Positions 1-9,858 of a DNA stretch of 64,000 nt are shown here, in pieces. The stretch's first letter is position 1. Every line of letters begins with the position of its first letter. Both the position numbers and the translations under genes were made by a program. This DNA comes from Thermoproteota archaeon. Its GTDB lineage: Archaea > Korarchaeota > Korarchaeia > Korarchaeales > Korarchaeaceae. Under the pieces are notes generated by a model, which was not told where the DNA came from, did not search any database, and saw only the letters and a list, made by a program, of their open reading frames with translations. The stretch covers positions 105,116 to 169,115 of the forward strand of contig JAOZFN010000017.1 of NCBI GenBank assembly GCA_027492205.1, read 5' to 3'.

Positions 1-418
1 GAAGCCTATGAGGCTGCCATGAGGTTGAGGCCAGTAACCGTCGAGGGCATGCTCCTCCGGAGGGTCCCGGAGTACCTGTGATTTACCGCGCGCGAGACTT
101 GGAGAGGGCCTCTAGGCCGCGTCGAGTACGCCAGCACGGGCGGGCGCTACTACGCGGCCAGGCTGGCGGTGACGGGGGCCCTAGAGAGAGGGCAAGCGAG
201 GGTTCTCGTCCTCGGGGAGATCCACCGCGATCAGCTCACGCCCCTGAGGAGTCTGGCTTGTGAGGGAGGGCGTGAGGTCCACCCTGCGCGAGAGGCCCGC
301 GAGGTTCTACGGCCTCGAGGAGGCAGGTCGACACCTCGACCTCCCGCTCCGCTTCTGGGTCAGGGTCTCCGAGACCCTCAGGGGATGTAGGCAGGAGACC
401 CTATCCAAGTACCTGTGA
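1..418 (+). pseudogene. 3' end of an Nre (NreA/NreB, DUF650/651) PCNA-interacting DNA repair gene, frameshifted and truncated by the window edge
   Basis: Stitching frames gives GRVEYASTGGRYYAARLAV...QARVLVLGEIHRDQLTPL/GVWLVREGVRSTLRERPARFYGLEEA...QETLSKYL* (stop 416-418). YYAARLAV, PLGVW..REGVR and a C-terminal PIP box are Nre hallmarks. Apparent +1 shifts occur near 105 and 247. Confidence 0.75.
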
Positions 419-425
419 GCCCGGC

Positions 426-1355
426 CTACTGGCCCAGCTGCCTCGCTATGTCCTCCAGAGCCCTGAGCCTGTCCACGATGTTGGGGTGTGTGGAGAATAT
501 CCCGAGGATCCTCTCCGACACCGTAGGCTCCTTCTCCATCAGCGCCCTCTTTAGCTCAGCCGGATCCACTGGTGGGAGCATCGGGTCGGATATGAAGAGC
601 GGGCGTGCCTGGGCAACCCGGATCCCCAAGCTGGGATTAGAGCGGGCCGCTATCTTCACCAGCGCGTGTTGGAGCCTCCTGGCGCCCCCGGGAATCACCG
701 TCGCGGCGTGTGCGTCGGCGTAGTACTCCCTAAGCCTGCTCAGCCTGAGCGACACGAGCCAGAGCACGGTGGCCAGGGCGATCGCCAGGCCTCCGGCGAG
801 GACCAGCTGCCCCCTGTCGTCCCTGTCCCCCAGGTAGGAGGAGTAGTAGAGCGACCTGCCGATGTGGTAGAAGATCGCTGGCAGGGTCGAGGCGAGCATC
901 ATCACCTGCATGTCGCCGTGGGCGACGTGCCCGACCTCGTGAGCAAGGACGGCCTCGACCTCCTCGGGGGAGAGGGTCGAGAGGAGCCCCTCCGTCACGG
1001 CCACCCTGTAGCCGGAGATGGGTGTCCCGTAGGCGAACGCGTTCGGCACGTTGAGCGGAACCAGGACGAGCTTCGGCTTCCTGACTCCGCTCTCCGCCGA
1101 GATCCTCTCCAGCGCCTCGTGGAGCCACGGGACCTCCGAGGGCTTGAGCTCCCTGGCCCTGTACATGAGCTCGATCAGCGACGGCGAGGCGAGCCACATG
1201 AGGAAGTTGAACGCGACGGCCAAGACGACGGCGGCGAGGGGGTTGACGAACCTCGTGAGCGCCGCGAAGGCCAGCGTCGCCAGCCCTATCAGCAGAGCAA
1301 GCGTCCCGAACATCTCGAAGTGGAGCCTGCCCAAGTTCGCTATTCTAGTGGACAT
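426..1355 (-). CDS. htpX: HtpX-family M48 zinc metalloprotease
   Basis: PNAFA, LAHEVGH (HExxH), SRLREYYADAHA and FSTHPNIVDRLRAL motifs; N-terminal TM helices. Confidence 0.93.
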   Translation of the reverse strand: MSTRIANLGRLHFEMFGTLALLIGLATLAFAALTRFVNPLAAVVLAVAFNFLMWLASPSLIELMYRARELKPSEVPWLHEALERISAESGVRKPKLVLVPLNVPNAFAYGTPISGYRVAVTEGLLSTLSPEEVEAVLAHEVGHVAHGDMQVMMLASTLPAIFYHIGRSLYYSSYLGDRDDRGQLVLAGGLAIALATVLWLVSLRLSRLREYYADAHAATVIPGGARRLQHALVKIAARSNPSLGIRVAQARPLFISDPMLPPVDPAELKRALMEKEPTVSERILGIFSTHPNIVDRLRALEDIARQLGQ

Positions 1356-1398
1356 ACTCGGGGTTGAGGGGTGGGAGGGGGTAAAAAAGTTGGGGGGC

Positions 1399-2845
1399 TC
1401 ACGGGAGCTCGCCCACTATTGGGAGGCTCCCTATCTGGTAGACCAGCTTGCCCCCCATCCTCACCTCCAGCTTGACCGCGGACCTGAGGGGTCCCTGGAA
1501 CGTGAGGGTCACCACCGCCACCCGAGACGGGGGGAACGTTAACCTCTAGGGTGGTGCTGTTCAGGTACCTCCCGCCCATGATCGGGACGCCGGCGGTTAT
1601 CGTCAGGTTCGCCCAGTCCTGCCCGAAGTTGGCCACGGTCACCACCACCGTCGCCACCTTGGCGGATGACTGCCAGATCACCCCCACCCTGTTCCTGACG
1701 ACGACGGGCATGGGGATGCTCTCAAGCTCGGGGAAGAGAAAGATCGGGTGCTCGTAGTCGAGGTACTCCGGCAGGAGGGGCTCCCCAAGCAGAAGGCCCG
1801 GCTGGGTGGCGTCTATGTAGTAGTACGTCGTCCCGTTCACGTCCCACCTGAGCCCCCTGCCCTCCTCAAGCGCGACGGCTACGCCCATGTGTCCCGCGGG
1901 GAATCCCGGCTTTCCCCAGACGATGACGAGGGCGACGTCGTACCCCATCTCCATGTACAGCGTCGCCAGGAGGATGGCGTGATCCTCGCAGTCGCCCCCG
2001 TAGTCCATCAGAGTCTCTATGGGGAACCTGGGGTACTCGCCCGACGCCATTATCACGTCCTTCTCCAGGTTGTAGGGTATGTGCTGGACGAAGGCTGCGA
2101 GGAATTCGAGGGTCTGAATCCCATTGTATCCATGGGACCTCGCCATGGAGAGGAGCTTGTTCAGGAGGCTCCTTATGTAGGGCCGGGAGAGGGGATCAGA
2201 CGCCAGGACGGCCCAGTCCTCGTAGGGTATCTGATGCTCTGAGGAGACGTAGTACAGGTAGAGGTCCTTTGGGACGGTGAGTCCCATGGAGAACTCCTGG
2301 CCTGCGTACGTCCACCTGAACTCCCTGCTGGCCACCTCGGCTGTCTTGTAGCCGAAGGGAGAGACCTCCGATATCCTGCTCGGGTAGAGTATCCAGTCCT
2401 GGTACCCTCCCTGTTCGAAGAGCATGACTGCCTGGTAGGTCTCGACCCTCGTGTGGCCCGCCAGGACCACGTAGTGCCTTCCGTCCACGTTCCTGATGAA
2501 GAAGTTGAGGTAGCCGGGCCTCTTCACGAGCAGTTCGCTCTCCAGGTCGGTCAGAATCCGGGACGATATCTCGCCGACTCCCTCGTAGGCCTCCGGACCC
2601 CCGAGGACGAATATCGCGGTCGCCAGATCCTCCACCTGATCCAGCCCTGAGGCAGAGACGACGACCACCTCTGCGCCCCTGCCGGAGAGGAACTGGGATA
2701 GGGCCTCGGCCGCCCTCGCGTCTGCCTCGTTGGAGACGATCACGGCCAGGGGGCCGGGTGTTCCGGCCCCCATGTGCGCCGTTGGCAGGAGGAACAGGAG
2801 GGTCAGCGCGAGGACCATCCCCATTCTCACAGGCGCGCGGCTCAT
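1399..2845 (-). CDS. Secreted transglutaminase-like (Cys-His-Asp) protein with an N-terminal S-layer/cell-wall-binding-like domain; +1 frameshift in a G6 run near the 3' end
   Basis: Signal peptide; GDCEDHAILL, AGHMGV and YYYIDAT triad motifs. Removing one base from G6 (1529-1534) gives ...VPPSRVAVVTLTFQGPLRSAVKLEVRMGGKLVYQIGSLPIVGELP* ending at 1399, instead of the low-complexity tail to 1340 that overlaps htpX. Confidence 0.8.
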
Positions 2846-2943
2846 CAGGCTGATACGGGGGTGGGCCGCATTAACGATCGCTCGGCCCGTGCCCGGGGTC
2901 GGTAACCTTCTTTTCTGAGCAACCCGGGAGGCGGGGGTATTCC

Positions 2944-3687
2944 ATGTGCAGGATGATCGCCGCCATCTCGCCTTCGGCGATGCCCGTCTACGCGCCGCTC
3001 GAACTCGTCGATGCGCTCGGCCGCCTCGCGCTGCGCGGGAAGAGCAGTGACGGCCTGGGGCACCCCCACGGGTGGGGAATCCTCGGGCTCAGGAGGGGTC
3101 ACGTGGTGGAGTACCACAGGTCTACCGAGCCGGCGTGGAGGGCGAGCCTCGACGAAGCCTTCAGGGCAGACCTCCTGATACTGCACGCCCGAAAGGCGTC
3201 CAAGGGAGAGGTCAGGCTGGAGAACACCCATCCGCTGGTCAGACTCGTTGGCGGGAGGCTCTGGGGGCTGGCCCACAACGGAACCATTCACGGGTGGGAG
3301 GGCCTGCTGGAGGAGGGTGAGAGGGGGGAGATGCTGGGAAGCACCGACACGGAGGCCCTCCTAATTCACCTGTCGAAGGCCGGAGACCTTCAATCGGTGA
3401 TGGAGAGACTCTCGGAGCTGAAGGACGACGTCGATCGCCTCGGAGTCGAATCGATCACGTGTCTGCTCACGGACGGGTCGTCCCTGCTTGCCTGCCGCGG
3501 GGCCTCGAAGAGGCAAGACTACTACACCCTCAGCTGGACCAGGAGGGAGTGGGAGGGCATCGAGTCTCTGGTGTTCTCATCCGAGCCCCTTGAGGGCTGG
3601 GGAGCCTGGACTCCCCTGAGGAATTGGTCCGGGCTGCTCGTCAGGCGCGTTGCAGGTGGATTGGAGGTCGACGATGTGGACCTCTGA
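2944..3687 (+). CDS. Class II glutamine amidotransferase (YafJ/EgtC-like)
   Basis: N-terminal MCRM (Cys2 nucleophile), HPHGWG, HARKAS, ENTHP, AHNGTI, GSTDTE. Confidence 0.9.
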   Translation: MCRMIAAISPSAMPVYAPLELVDALGRLALRGKSSDGLGHPHGWGILGLRRGHVVEYHRSTEPAWRASLDEAFRADLLILHARKASKGEVRLENTHPLVRLVGGRLWGLAHNGTIHGWEGLLEEGERGEMLGSTDTEALLIHLSKAGDLQSVMERLSELKDDVDRLGVESITCLLTDGSSLLACRGASKRQDYYTLSWTRREWEGIESLVFSSEPLEGWGAWTPLRNWSGLLVRRVAGGLEVDDVDL

Positions 3688-3736
3688 CCCGACCCCGAGG
3701 GGCGCCGCGGGTCGGAGGGAGGGCGCTCTGGCCCGG

Positions 3737-4171
3737 TCACTCTCCGAGAACGGTGACCTTGACGCGCCGCTTCCGGGGACCGTCCAGCTCCACGAGGAGG
3801 ACGGCCTGCCAGGTCCCGAGGTCGAGGTCCCCCGAGCTGACCGGGAGGGTGATCCCCGGCCGTATCATAGAGGACAGGATGTGGGCGTGCGCGTTCTGCT
3901 CCCCAGGCAGGCGGGAGTACTTGGCGTTGTGCCTGTAGTCGCCCTCCACGGGTACGAGCCTGGCGAGGGTCTCCAGGATGTCCTCCCACAGGTCCGGGTC
4001 GGGCTCGTTGACCGTCAGCGCGGCGGTGGTGTGCGGGACCCAGGCGCTCGCGAGCCCCTCGGAGATCCCGCTCTCCCTCACGAGCCGGCGGACTTCCCGG
4101 GTCACGTCGATGACCTCAAGCCTTCGGGAGGATCTCACGCTGACCTCTCCCCTCCAGAGCCTCAAGCTCAA
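3737..4171 (-). CDS. yjbQ: YjbQ/UPF0047 family protein (secondary thiamine-phosphate synthase)
   Basis: PHTTAALTVNE, YRHN, NAHAHI, LGTWQAVLLVELDGPR. Confidence 0.92.
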   Translation of the reverse strand: MSLRLWRGEVSVRSSRRLEVIDVTREVRRLVRESGISEGLASAWVPHTTAALTVNEPDPDLWEDILETLARLVPVEGDYRHNAKYSRLPGEQNAHAHILSSMIRPGITLPVSSGDLDLGTWQAVLLVELDGPRKRRVKVTVLGE

Positions 4172-4216
4172 CCCCAGGCGCGCGCCGGTCAGCCATTTTA
4201 ACGACCGCGGGGGGAC

Positions 4217-5002
4217 ATGGTGAGGCGAGGTCGCTTGACCCGCATCGTCGACGTGGTGGGGGGGCTCCCGAGAACCGAGAGGATCTACCTCAGGGACTCC
4301 TACGCGAGAGAGTGCAGGTCAGAGGTGCTCAGGGTGGTCAGGGACCGGGGCGCAAAGAGGTATCTGGTGCTGGACAAGACCGTCTTCCACCCCCTGGAGG
4401 GGGGTCAGCCCAGCGACGGGGGTGAGATAGTCGGGGAGAGGTTCAGTCTCACGATGAAGAAGGCCCTGTCGTCCGGGGGCGTCGTGGCGCACTACGGCAC
4501 CATAAGCGGCGAGGACCCACAGCCGGGAGACGCCGTCACCTGCCGACTGGACTGGGAGAGGCGCTACCTCATAATGAGGCTCCACACCGCCGGCCACATC
4601 CTAGACGCGGCCGTGAGCGAGGTCTTCGGAAGTCCGGTGAACACCCTCGGCGCTAACCACGGCCCACCGGAGGCCCACGTAGACTACGCCGCGAGGCTCC
4701 CCTCGGAGGACGAGCTGGGCCGCATAGAGAGGATCGCGAGCGAGATCGTGTCCGACGACCTGGAGGTGAGGGTCAGGTTCGTCGTCCCGGAGGAGCTGGA
4801 GTCTTCCGCCTACAACGCCCCAAACCTCGACAGGCTCCCGGAGGCCCCAGTTTACAGGCTGGTAGAGATCCCCGGGAGGAACTCCATCCCGTGCACGGGG
4901 ACGCACGTCGCCAGGACCGGCGAGGTCGGGGGAGTCAGGGTGCTCGGGGCCGCGCCCCTGCGGGGTGGGTTCAGGCTCTCTTACTGGGTTACCCGGCCCT
5001 AG
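4217..5002 (+). CDS. alaX: Alanyl-tRNA editing protein AlaX-M
   Basis: LDKTVFHPLEGGQPSDGG, MRLHTAGH (HxxxH) and PCTGTH (CxxxH) zinc motifs. Confidence 0.92.
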   Translation: MVRRGRLTRIVDVVGGLPRTERIYLRDSYARECRSEVLRVVRDRGAKRYLVLDKTVFHPLEGGQPSDGGEIVGERFSLTMKKALSSGGVVAHYGTISGEDPQPGDAVTCRLDWERRYLIMRLHTAGHILDAAVSEVFGSPVNTLGANHGPPEAHVDYAARLPSEDELGRIERIASEIVSDDLEVRVRFVVPEELESSAYNAPNLDRLPEAPVYRLVEIPGRNSIPCTGTHVARTGEVGGVRVLGAAPLRGGFRLSYWVTRP

Positions 5003-5038
5003 CTGCAGGCCCTTCGACGGACCTCAAGCCGCCAACGA

Positions 5039-5698
5039 TTGCCTGAAGGTCCTCCGCCTACGGACTGTCGCGCCTTAAAGAGAGGGCGGGCCGGGCATCA
5101 GGCTTTGCCCGGCCGAGGAGTCGTTGAGGTCGTATCGGTGGCGCTGTCTCCCGCCACCATGGGCGTCGTCGCGGCGGTCGCCCTCGCCAGCGGGGGCTGG
5201 TCCGAGCTGGCGGTGGCCCCCGCGCTCGGGTTCCTGATGGGCGTGGCCTTCCTAAGCATCCTCCCAATGGCCCCAATCGCGGTCGAAGACGGCGTTTACG
5301 GCCTGATGAGTCAGAGGCTCGAGAGCGAGGAGAAGAGGATCGCGGTTCTAACGTGGTCAGCCCCAGTCTACGCCGGGGGATCCGTCGCGTTCGTTGCGGT
5401 GGGTTGGGACAGCATGGCGTACCTCGCGGCGTGCTACGCCGTAGCCTCCGCCCTGCTGGCGGCGATCACGCTGAGGCTCAGGGTCAGCCTCCACGCCGCC
5501 GGAGTCTCGCTCCCCGCCGTCGCCCTCGCCCTGATGAGGGGCCTCCCCTGGTCCGCGCTCCTTCTCCTCCTCCCGGCAGTCGCCTGGGCAAGGATCAGGG
5601 CGGGCGTCCACACGCCCCGTCAGGTGGCGGTAGGCGCCGTGGCCGGGGGACTCGTCCCGCTGGCCCTGTGGCTCCTCCTACTCAGACCTCACCCTTGA
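5039..5698 (+). CDS. PAP2-superfamily membrane protein (true start probably ~5120-5160)
   Basis: Multi-TM; C-terminal VSLHAAG...VAWARIRAGVHTPRQVAVG matches PAP2 motifs 2/3. Confidence 0.72.
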   Translation: MPEGPPPTDCRALKRGRAGHQALPGRGVVEVVSVALSPATMGVVAAVALASGGWSELAVAPALGFLMGVAFLSILPMAPIAVEDGVYGLMSQRLESEEKRIAVLTWSAPVYAGGSVAFVAVGWDSMAYLAACYAVASALLAAITLRLRVSLHAAGVSLPAVALALMRGLPWSALLLLLPAVAWARIRAGVHTPRQVAVGAVAGGLVPLALWLLLLRPHP

Positions 5699-6769
5699 GA
5701 CGTAGGCGCAGGCGAGCAGCACGCCTAGAACGAGCGGGTCAAGTCCCGTCTCAACCGCCACCGTGAGGTACGCCAGCGCGAGCGCGCCGGACGATCCCTC
5801 CCCCGAGTCCCTTAGGGCTACCCCTACGGCCAGGGCCTCCAGCGGAGCCAAGAGGCCGAAGTCTCCCACGGGTTGGCCCATGATGAAGTAGGTGTACCTG
5901 GTGGCCCCCCTGCCGAACAGCCTCGCCACCTCCCTTCGGGGGTCTGTGGAGACCAGCAGGCTCCCGTGGAACAGACCCCAGGGGAGGCTGTTCAGGGCGA
6001 TAGTCTCGTACACCCAGTAGGTGAAGGAGGCCCTGCTTACCACGCCGAGGGGGTCCGGCTTCCCCGCTATCCCCCTCATCGCGCCCAATGCCGCGCCCCC
6101 AACCGCCACCACGGCCGCAAACGTGAGGAGCCTCCTCCAGCTGCCTGAACTCCCGCGCGGGGCCGCCCAAGCCAGGGCAGGGAGGATCGCGTACGATCGG
6201 AACCCCGTAAGGAGCCCCAAGGCTGAGGAAGTTGCCGCCAGCGGGGCGCTACCGGATAGGACGGTGGCAGAGGTAAGGAGGAGCGTGGCCAGTCCAAACA
6301 CCCGAGAAACGTCTCCCGCTCGACTAGCGCCCTCTTGTATTAGTGGAAGCCCAAAGGCGACGGCCCCCGCCGAGTAGACAACTAATCCGGCAGCCAAGGC
6401 CAAGAGGGCGTTTGAGGGAGATCGGGTCCTGGCCGACCTGATCCTCTCCTCCAGAGGTCTTCTGACGGCCGCGAAGGCCAAGGTCAGGAGGGTCACGAGC
6501 GCAAGGCCCGCGGGGGATCTGCCAAGCGTCCCCAGGGCCAGGAGCGAGATCGCCGCGGCGTAGGTCCAGCCGGGAGGTGAGGGCACCAGCGCGTAGCCGG
6601 CGGCCAGCGCGGCCCACCCCGCCAGAGCCAGCAGGAGGGGGAGGGGCTCCAGCGGACGCCCTGTGAGGGCAGCCCCGAGGGAGGCCAGGGCTAGGTATCC
6701 GAAGAAGAGGAGGGAGAGGAGGGTCAGGGAGTTGGGGCGTATCGATTCCCCCCTCCCCCTCCCGAGCAT
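5678..6769 (-). CDS. Polytopic membrane protein, archaeal oligosaccharide repeat-unit polymerase (Wzy/DUF70)-like
   Basis: About 10 hydrophobic segments; LLTGFRS, SRASFTYWV and GQPVGDFG motifs. Start placed at ATG 6769 because the upstream part of the ORF overlaps the ATPase gene. Confidence 0.6.
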   Translation of the reverse strand: MLGRGRGESIRPNSLTLLSLLFFGYLALASLGAALTGRPLEPLPLLLALAGWAALAAGYALVPSPPGWTYAAAISLLALGTLGRSPAGLALVTLLTLAFAAVRRPLEERIRSARTRSPSNALLALAAGLVVYSAGAVAFGLPLIQEGASRAGDVSRVFGLATLLLTSATVLSGSAPLAATSSALGLLTGFRSYAILPALAWAAPRGSSGSWRRLLTFAAVVAVGGAALGAMRGIAGKPDPLGVVSRASFTYWVYETIALNSLPWGLFHGSLLVSTDPRREVARLFGRGATRYTYFIMGQPVGDFGLLAPLEALAVGVALRDSGEGSSGALALAYLTVAVETGLDPLVLGVLLACAYVSRVRSE

Positions 6770-6807
6770 CCGCCCACCTCTCCCGCCCCTGGCGCCGCGG
6801 GCCCGGC

Positions 6808-7878
6808 CTACAGCCTTATGGCCAGGGTCAGCTCGGGGGACGCGTAGACCTTGATCGGCTTCCCGACGGGCACCTCCTCGTCCGGGTCGACCTCTATGAC
6901 GAAGGGCGCGTCCCCGGCCCTGGCCTGGACCCTCAGGGAGTTCCCCAGGAAGGACACGTGGTAGACCTCCACCTCGAACTCGTTCGAGTCCCATGTCTCC
7001 GGGGCCAGCTCGAACGACTCGGGCCTTACCATGACCAAGACCCTGTCACCCACATCTGGATTGGCCTCGGGGTGCGATGGAACTGCCAGAACCTCCTTCT
7101 CGATGGCCTCCAGCCTCACCCTCAGCCTCTCACCATCCTTCGCGACGACCTCCCCGTAGAGGAACGTGCCCTGCCCGATGAACCTCGCCACGAACTCGTT
7201 CTTCGGGTGCTTGTAGATCTCCTGCGGGGTACCGATCTGCATGACCCTGCCCTGGTTCATGACCGCGATCCTGTCGGAGATGCTCATGGCCTCCTCCTGG
7301 TCGTGGGTGACGTAGAGCGTCGTTATCCCGAGCTCCCTCTGGAGCCTCTTCAGCTCGGCCCTCATCTCTATCCTGAGCTTGGCGTCGAGGTTGCTGAGGG
7401 GCTCGTCGAACAGCAGCACCTTCGGGTTGATGACTATGGCCCTCGCCAGCGCGACCCTCTGCTGCTGCCCGCCTGAGAGCTGGTGTGGCGTCCTGTTCTC
7501 CATCCCCTCGAGCTTGACGAGCTTGAGGACCTCCATCACCCTCCTCCTGATCTCCTCCTTCTTGTACCCCCTGATCTTGAGTCCGTAGGCGATGTTGTCG
7601 AAGACGTTCATGTGGGGCCACAGTGCGTAGTTCTGGAACACCATCCCCGTGTCCCTCTTGTGGGGCGGGACCTCGGTGACCTCCTGATCGTCGAAGTAGA
7701 CCTTCCCCTCGTCCGGGAGCTCAAGCCCGGCTATGCAGCGGAGGAAGGTGGTCTTGCCGCATCCGCTGGGGCCCAGCAGCGTGAAGAACTCGCCGTGCTG
7801 GATCTCGAGGCTGACGTGGTCGACCGCCACGACCTCCCCGAAGCGCTTCGTAAGATCGACGGTCCGTATCTTTACCAT
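6808..7878 (-). CDS. ABC transporter ATP-binding subunit (PotA/FbpC/AfuC type, C-terminal TOBE domain)
   Basis: GPSGCGKTT, LSGGQQQRVALARA, LLFDEPLSNLDAKLR, VTHDQEEA. Confidence 0.95.
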   Translation of the reverse strand: MVKIRTVDLTKRFGEVVAVDHVSLEIQHGEFFTLLGPSGCGKTTFLRCIAGLELPDEGKVYFDDQEVTEVPPHKRDTGMVFQNYALWPHMNVFDNIAYGLKIRGYKKEEIRRRVMEVLKLVKLEGMENRTPHQLSGGQQQRVALARAIVINPKVLLFDEPLSNLDAKLRIEMRAELKRLQRELGITTLYVTHDQEEAMSISDRIAVMNQGRVMQIGTPQEIYKHPKNEFVARFIGQGTFLYGEVVAKDGERLRVRLEAIEKEVLAVPSHPEANPDVGDRVLVMVRPESFELAPETWDSNEFEVEVYHVSFLGNSLRVQARAGDAPFVIEVDPDEEVPVGKPIKVYASPELTLAIRL

Positions 7879-7888
7879 GCGATCACCC

Positions 7889-9784
7889 TCAGACTCCTAT
7901 CAGGGCCGTCGCCCGCCTCCTCAGCAATAAGTTTGCACCGACTATGAAGACGAACTGCAGGCCCATGAGCATGAAGCCCATCGCCGCGGGCTGGGCCAGG
8001 CCGCCGGCCAGGCCGTGGAACAGCATGTCGTACATCTTCCAGGTCATGGGGGCGTCCCTGTGGTTCGCGTCTCCCACCACTATCCCGGTGCTGACCTCGG
8101 ACATGGAGTAGATGAAGGACAGCATCCCGCCGGCGAGGACGTTGAGCGCGATCAGCGGCAGGATTATTGTGAAGAAGGTCCTTGTCCTGCTGGCCCCCAC
8201 GGTCCACGCGACCTCGTCCAGGGCCTTGTCGGTCTGCTCCAGCCCCGAGAACACCGATCGAACGGTGAACGGGATCTTCCTGACCGTGTATGAGGCTATG
8301 AGGAGCGGCGCCCCGCTTATGGTCGGGCTGAGGGGCGTCCCGAGGTACGTGAGGAAGAGGCCCGTCGCCACCGCAATGCCCGGGACCGCTATGGGCAGGG
8401 TGACGAGCAGGTCCAGGGCCTCTATGCCGGGCACCCCCTTCTTCCTGGACACCAGGTAGGCCGCGCTCACGCCGAGGATCACCATGAACACCGTGGCTAT
8501 CCCAGAGTAGACCAGGCTGTTCACTATGCTTCTCCTGGCCTGCTCGTCTGCCAGGACGGCCTTGAAGTTGTTCAGCGTGTAGCTCTCGGGCAGGATCGTG
8601 GTACCCCACTCCTTGGAGAACGCGAGGAGCGTCACCCCGATGTGCGGCAGGGTGGCGAAGAAGAGGACGGCGAAGACGAACACGTAGACGAGCGCGACGG
8701 TCTTGTTGGATAGCCTCCGCCTCCTGGGCCTCCATATCCCTCCCTTGCCGAGCATGGCGTACCGCCTGAGGCTCACGTACCTCCTGACGGCCACGAACAC
8801 GACCGCCGATATGACCAGGAGTATGAGCGCCAGCGTAGTGGCCTCCTGCGAGATCAGCCCGGCTGGGGTGAATATCCTGTTGAATATCTGGAAGGTGAGG
8901 ACCTTCTCGGCGACGGTCCCCTTGAACACTATTGGGGTGCCCAGGTCCTCCAGTGCCAGGATGAAGACCAGGAGGGCGCCGGCCTCGACTCCTGGGGTCG
9001 CCAGCGGGAGGGTTATCGTCCTGAAGAGGCGGAACCCGCTCGCCCCCATGTTTATTGCCTGCTCCTCGAGCGAGGGATCCAGGCTTATCAGGGCCGTGTA
9101 GGCGTTCAGCATGACTATCGGGTAGAATATGAGGGTCTGGACCATTATCACGGCCGGCAGGCCGGTGATCTCCACCTTGAAGGGGATCGCCCGCAGGATG
9201 TCGTGGAACAGGACGTTGAGCACCCCGTCGGCGACTATCATCCTCTTGAGCCCGATGGCGCCGACGAAGGGGGTGGAGAGGAGCGGTATGAGGGAGATTA
9301 TCCTGAGGGCCTCGGCCCCGGGAAACTTGTACTTGGCGAAGATGAAGGCCAGCGTGAATCCCAAGACGGTGGAGAGGATTGCCGTCGAGGTGGCGACGAC
9401 CAGCGAGTTCACCAGTACGCCGAAGTCCCACCCGGTTATGTAGATGATCTTGACGACCTCTCCCGTGGGCCTGGTGTACTCCACGACGTGGTAGAGGCTG
9501 CCCCTGACTCCCTCCAGGGAGATGAATGGGAAGTCGCTCGTCAGGTGGACCCTCAGGGGGAAGTAGTAGTCGTCAGTCAGTACGAGCCTCAGGGAGTCGA
9601 GCGTGAACCCGCCGGAGGTGTAGAACGACCTGACGATGACCATCCCCAGCGGGATCAGCATGAAGGCGGCGAACGCCGCAAGGACTATGAAGAGCTGGCT
9701 CCACGAGAAGGGGTCCATCTCCCACTTGAGCCTTCTCAACGACCTCTTCAGCCTCTCCTCCAGCCCCTCGGCCCGAGAACCCAT
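7889..9784 (-). CDS. ABC transporter permease with two fused TM domains (FbpB/AfuB type)
   Basis: Two EAA loops (LEEQAINMGASGFRLFRTITLPL; LDEVAWTVGASRTRTFFTIILPL); start set at MGSRAE (9784). Confidence 0.93.
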   Translation of the reverse strand: MGSRAEGLEERLKRSLRRLKWEMDPFSWSQLFIVLAAFAAFMLIPLGMVIVRSFYTSGGFTLDSLRLVLTDDYYFPLRVHLTSDFPFISLEGVRGSLYHVVEYTRPTGEVVKIIYITGWDFGVLVNSLVVATSTAILSTVLGFTLAFIFAKYKFPGAEALRIISLIPLLSTPFVGAIGLKRMIVADGVLNVLFHDILRAIPFKVEITGLPAVIMVQTLIFYPIVMLNAYTALISLDPSLEEQAINMGASGFRLFRTITLPLATPGVEAGALLVFILALEDLGTPIVFKGTVAEKVLTFQIFNRIFTPAGLISQEATTLALILLVISAVVFVAVRRYVSLRRYAMLGKGGIWRPRRRRLSNKTVALVYVFVFAVLFFATLPHIGVTLLAFSKEWGTTILPESYTLNNFKAVLADEQARRSIVNSLVYSGIATVFMVILGVSAAYLVSRKKGVPGIEALDLLVTLPIAVPGIAVATGLFLTYLGTPLSPTISGAPLLIASYTVRKIPFTVRSVFSGLEQTDKALDEVAWTVGASRTRTFFTIILPLIALNVLAGGMLSFIYSMSEVSTGIVVGDANHRDAPMTWKMYDMLFHGLAGGLAQPAAMGFMLMGLQFVFIVGANLLLRRRATALIGV

Positions 9785-9858
9785 CGCACCACCACCGGCC
9801 TGAGTCCAAGGAGGACCCGCGTCGTGAGGAATAAAAAGAGGGTGAGGGTGAGTCCGGT

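Noticed and set aside
79-81. In-frame TGA as selenocysteine/read-through in the Nre remnant
   Set aside because: Adjacent frameshifts show the frame-1 continuity is incidental, and no SECIS-like evidence was seen
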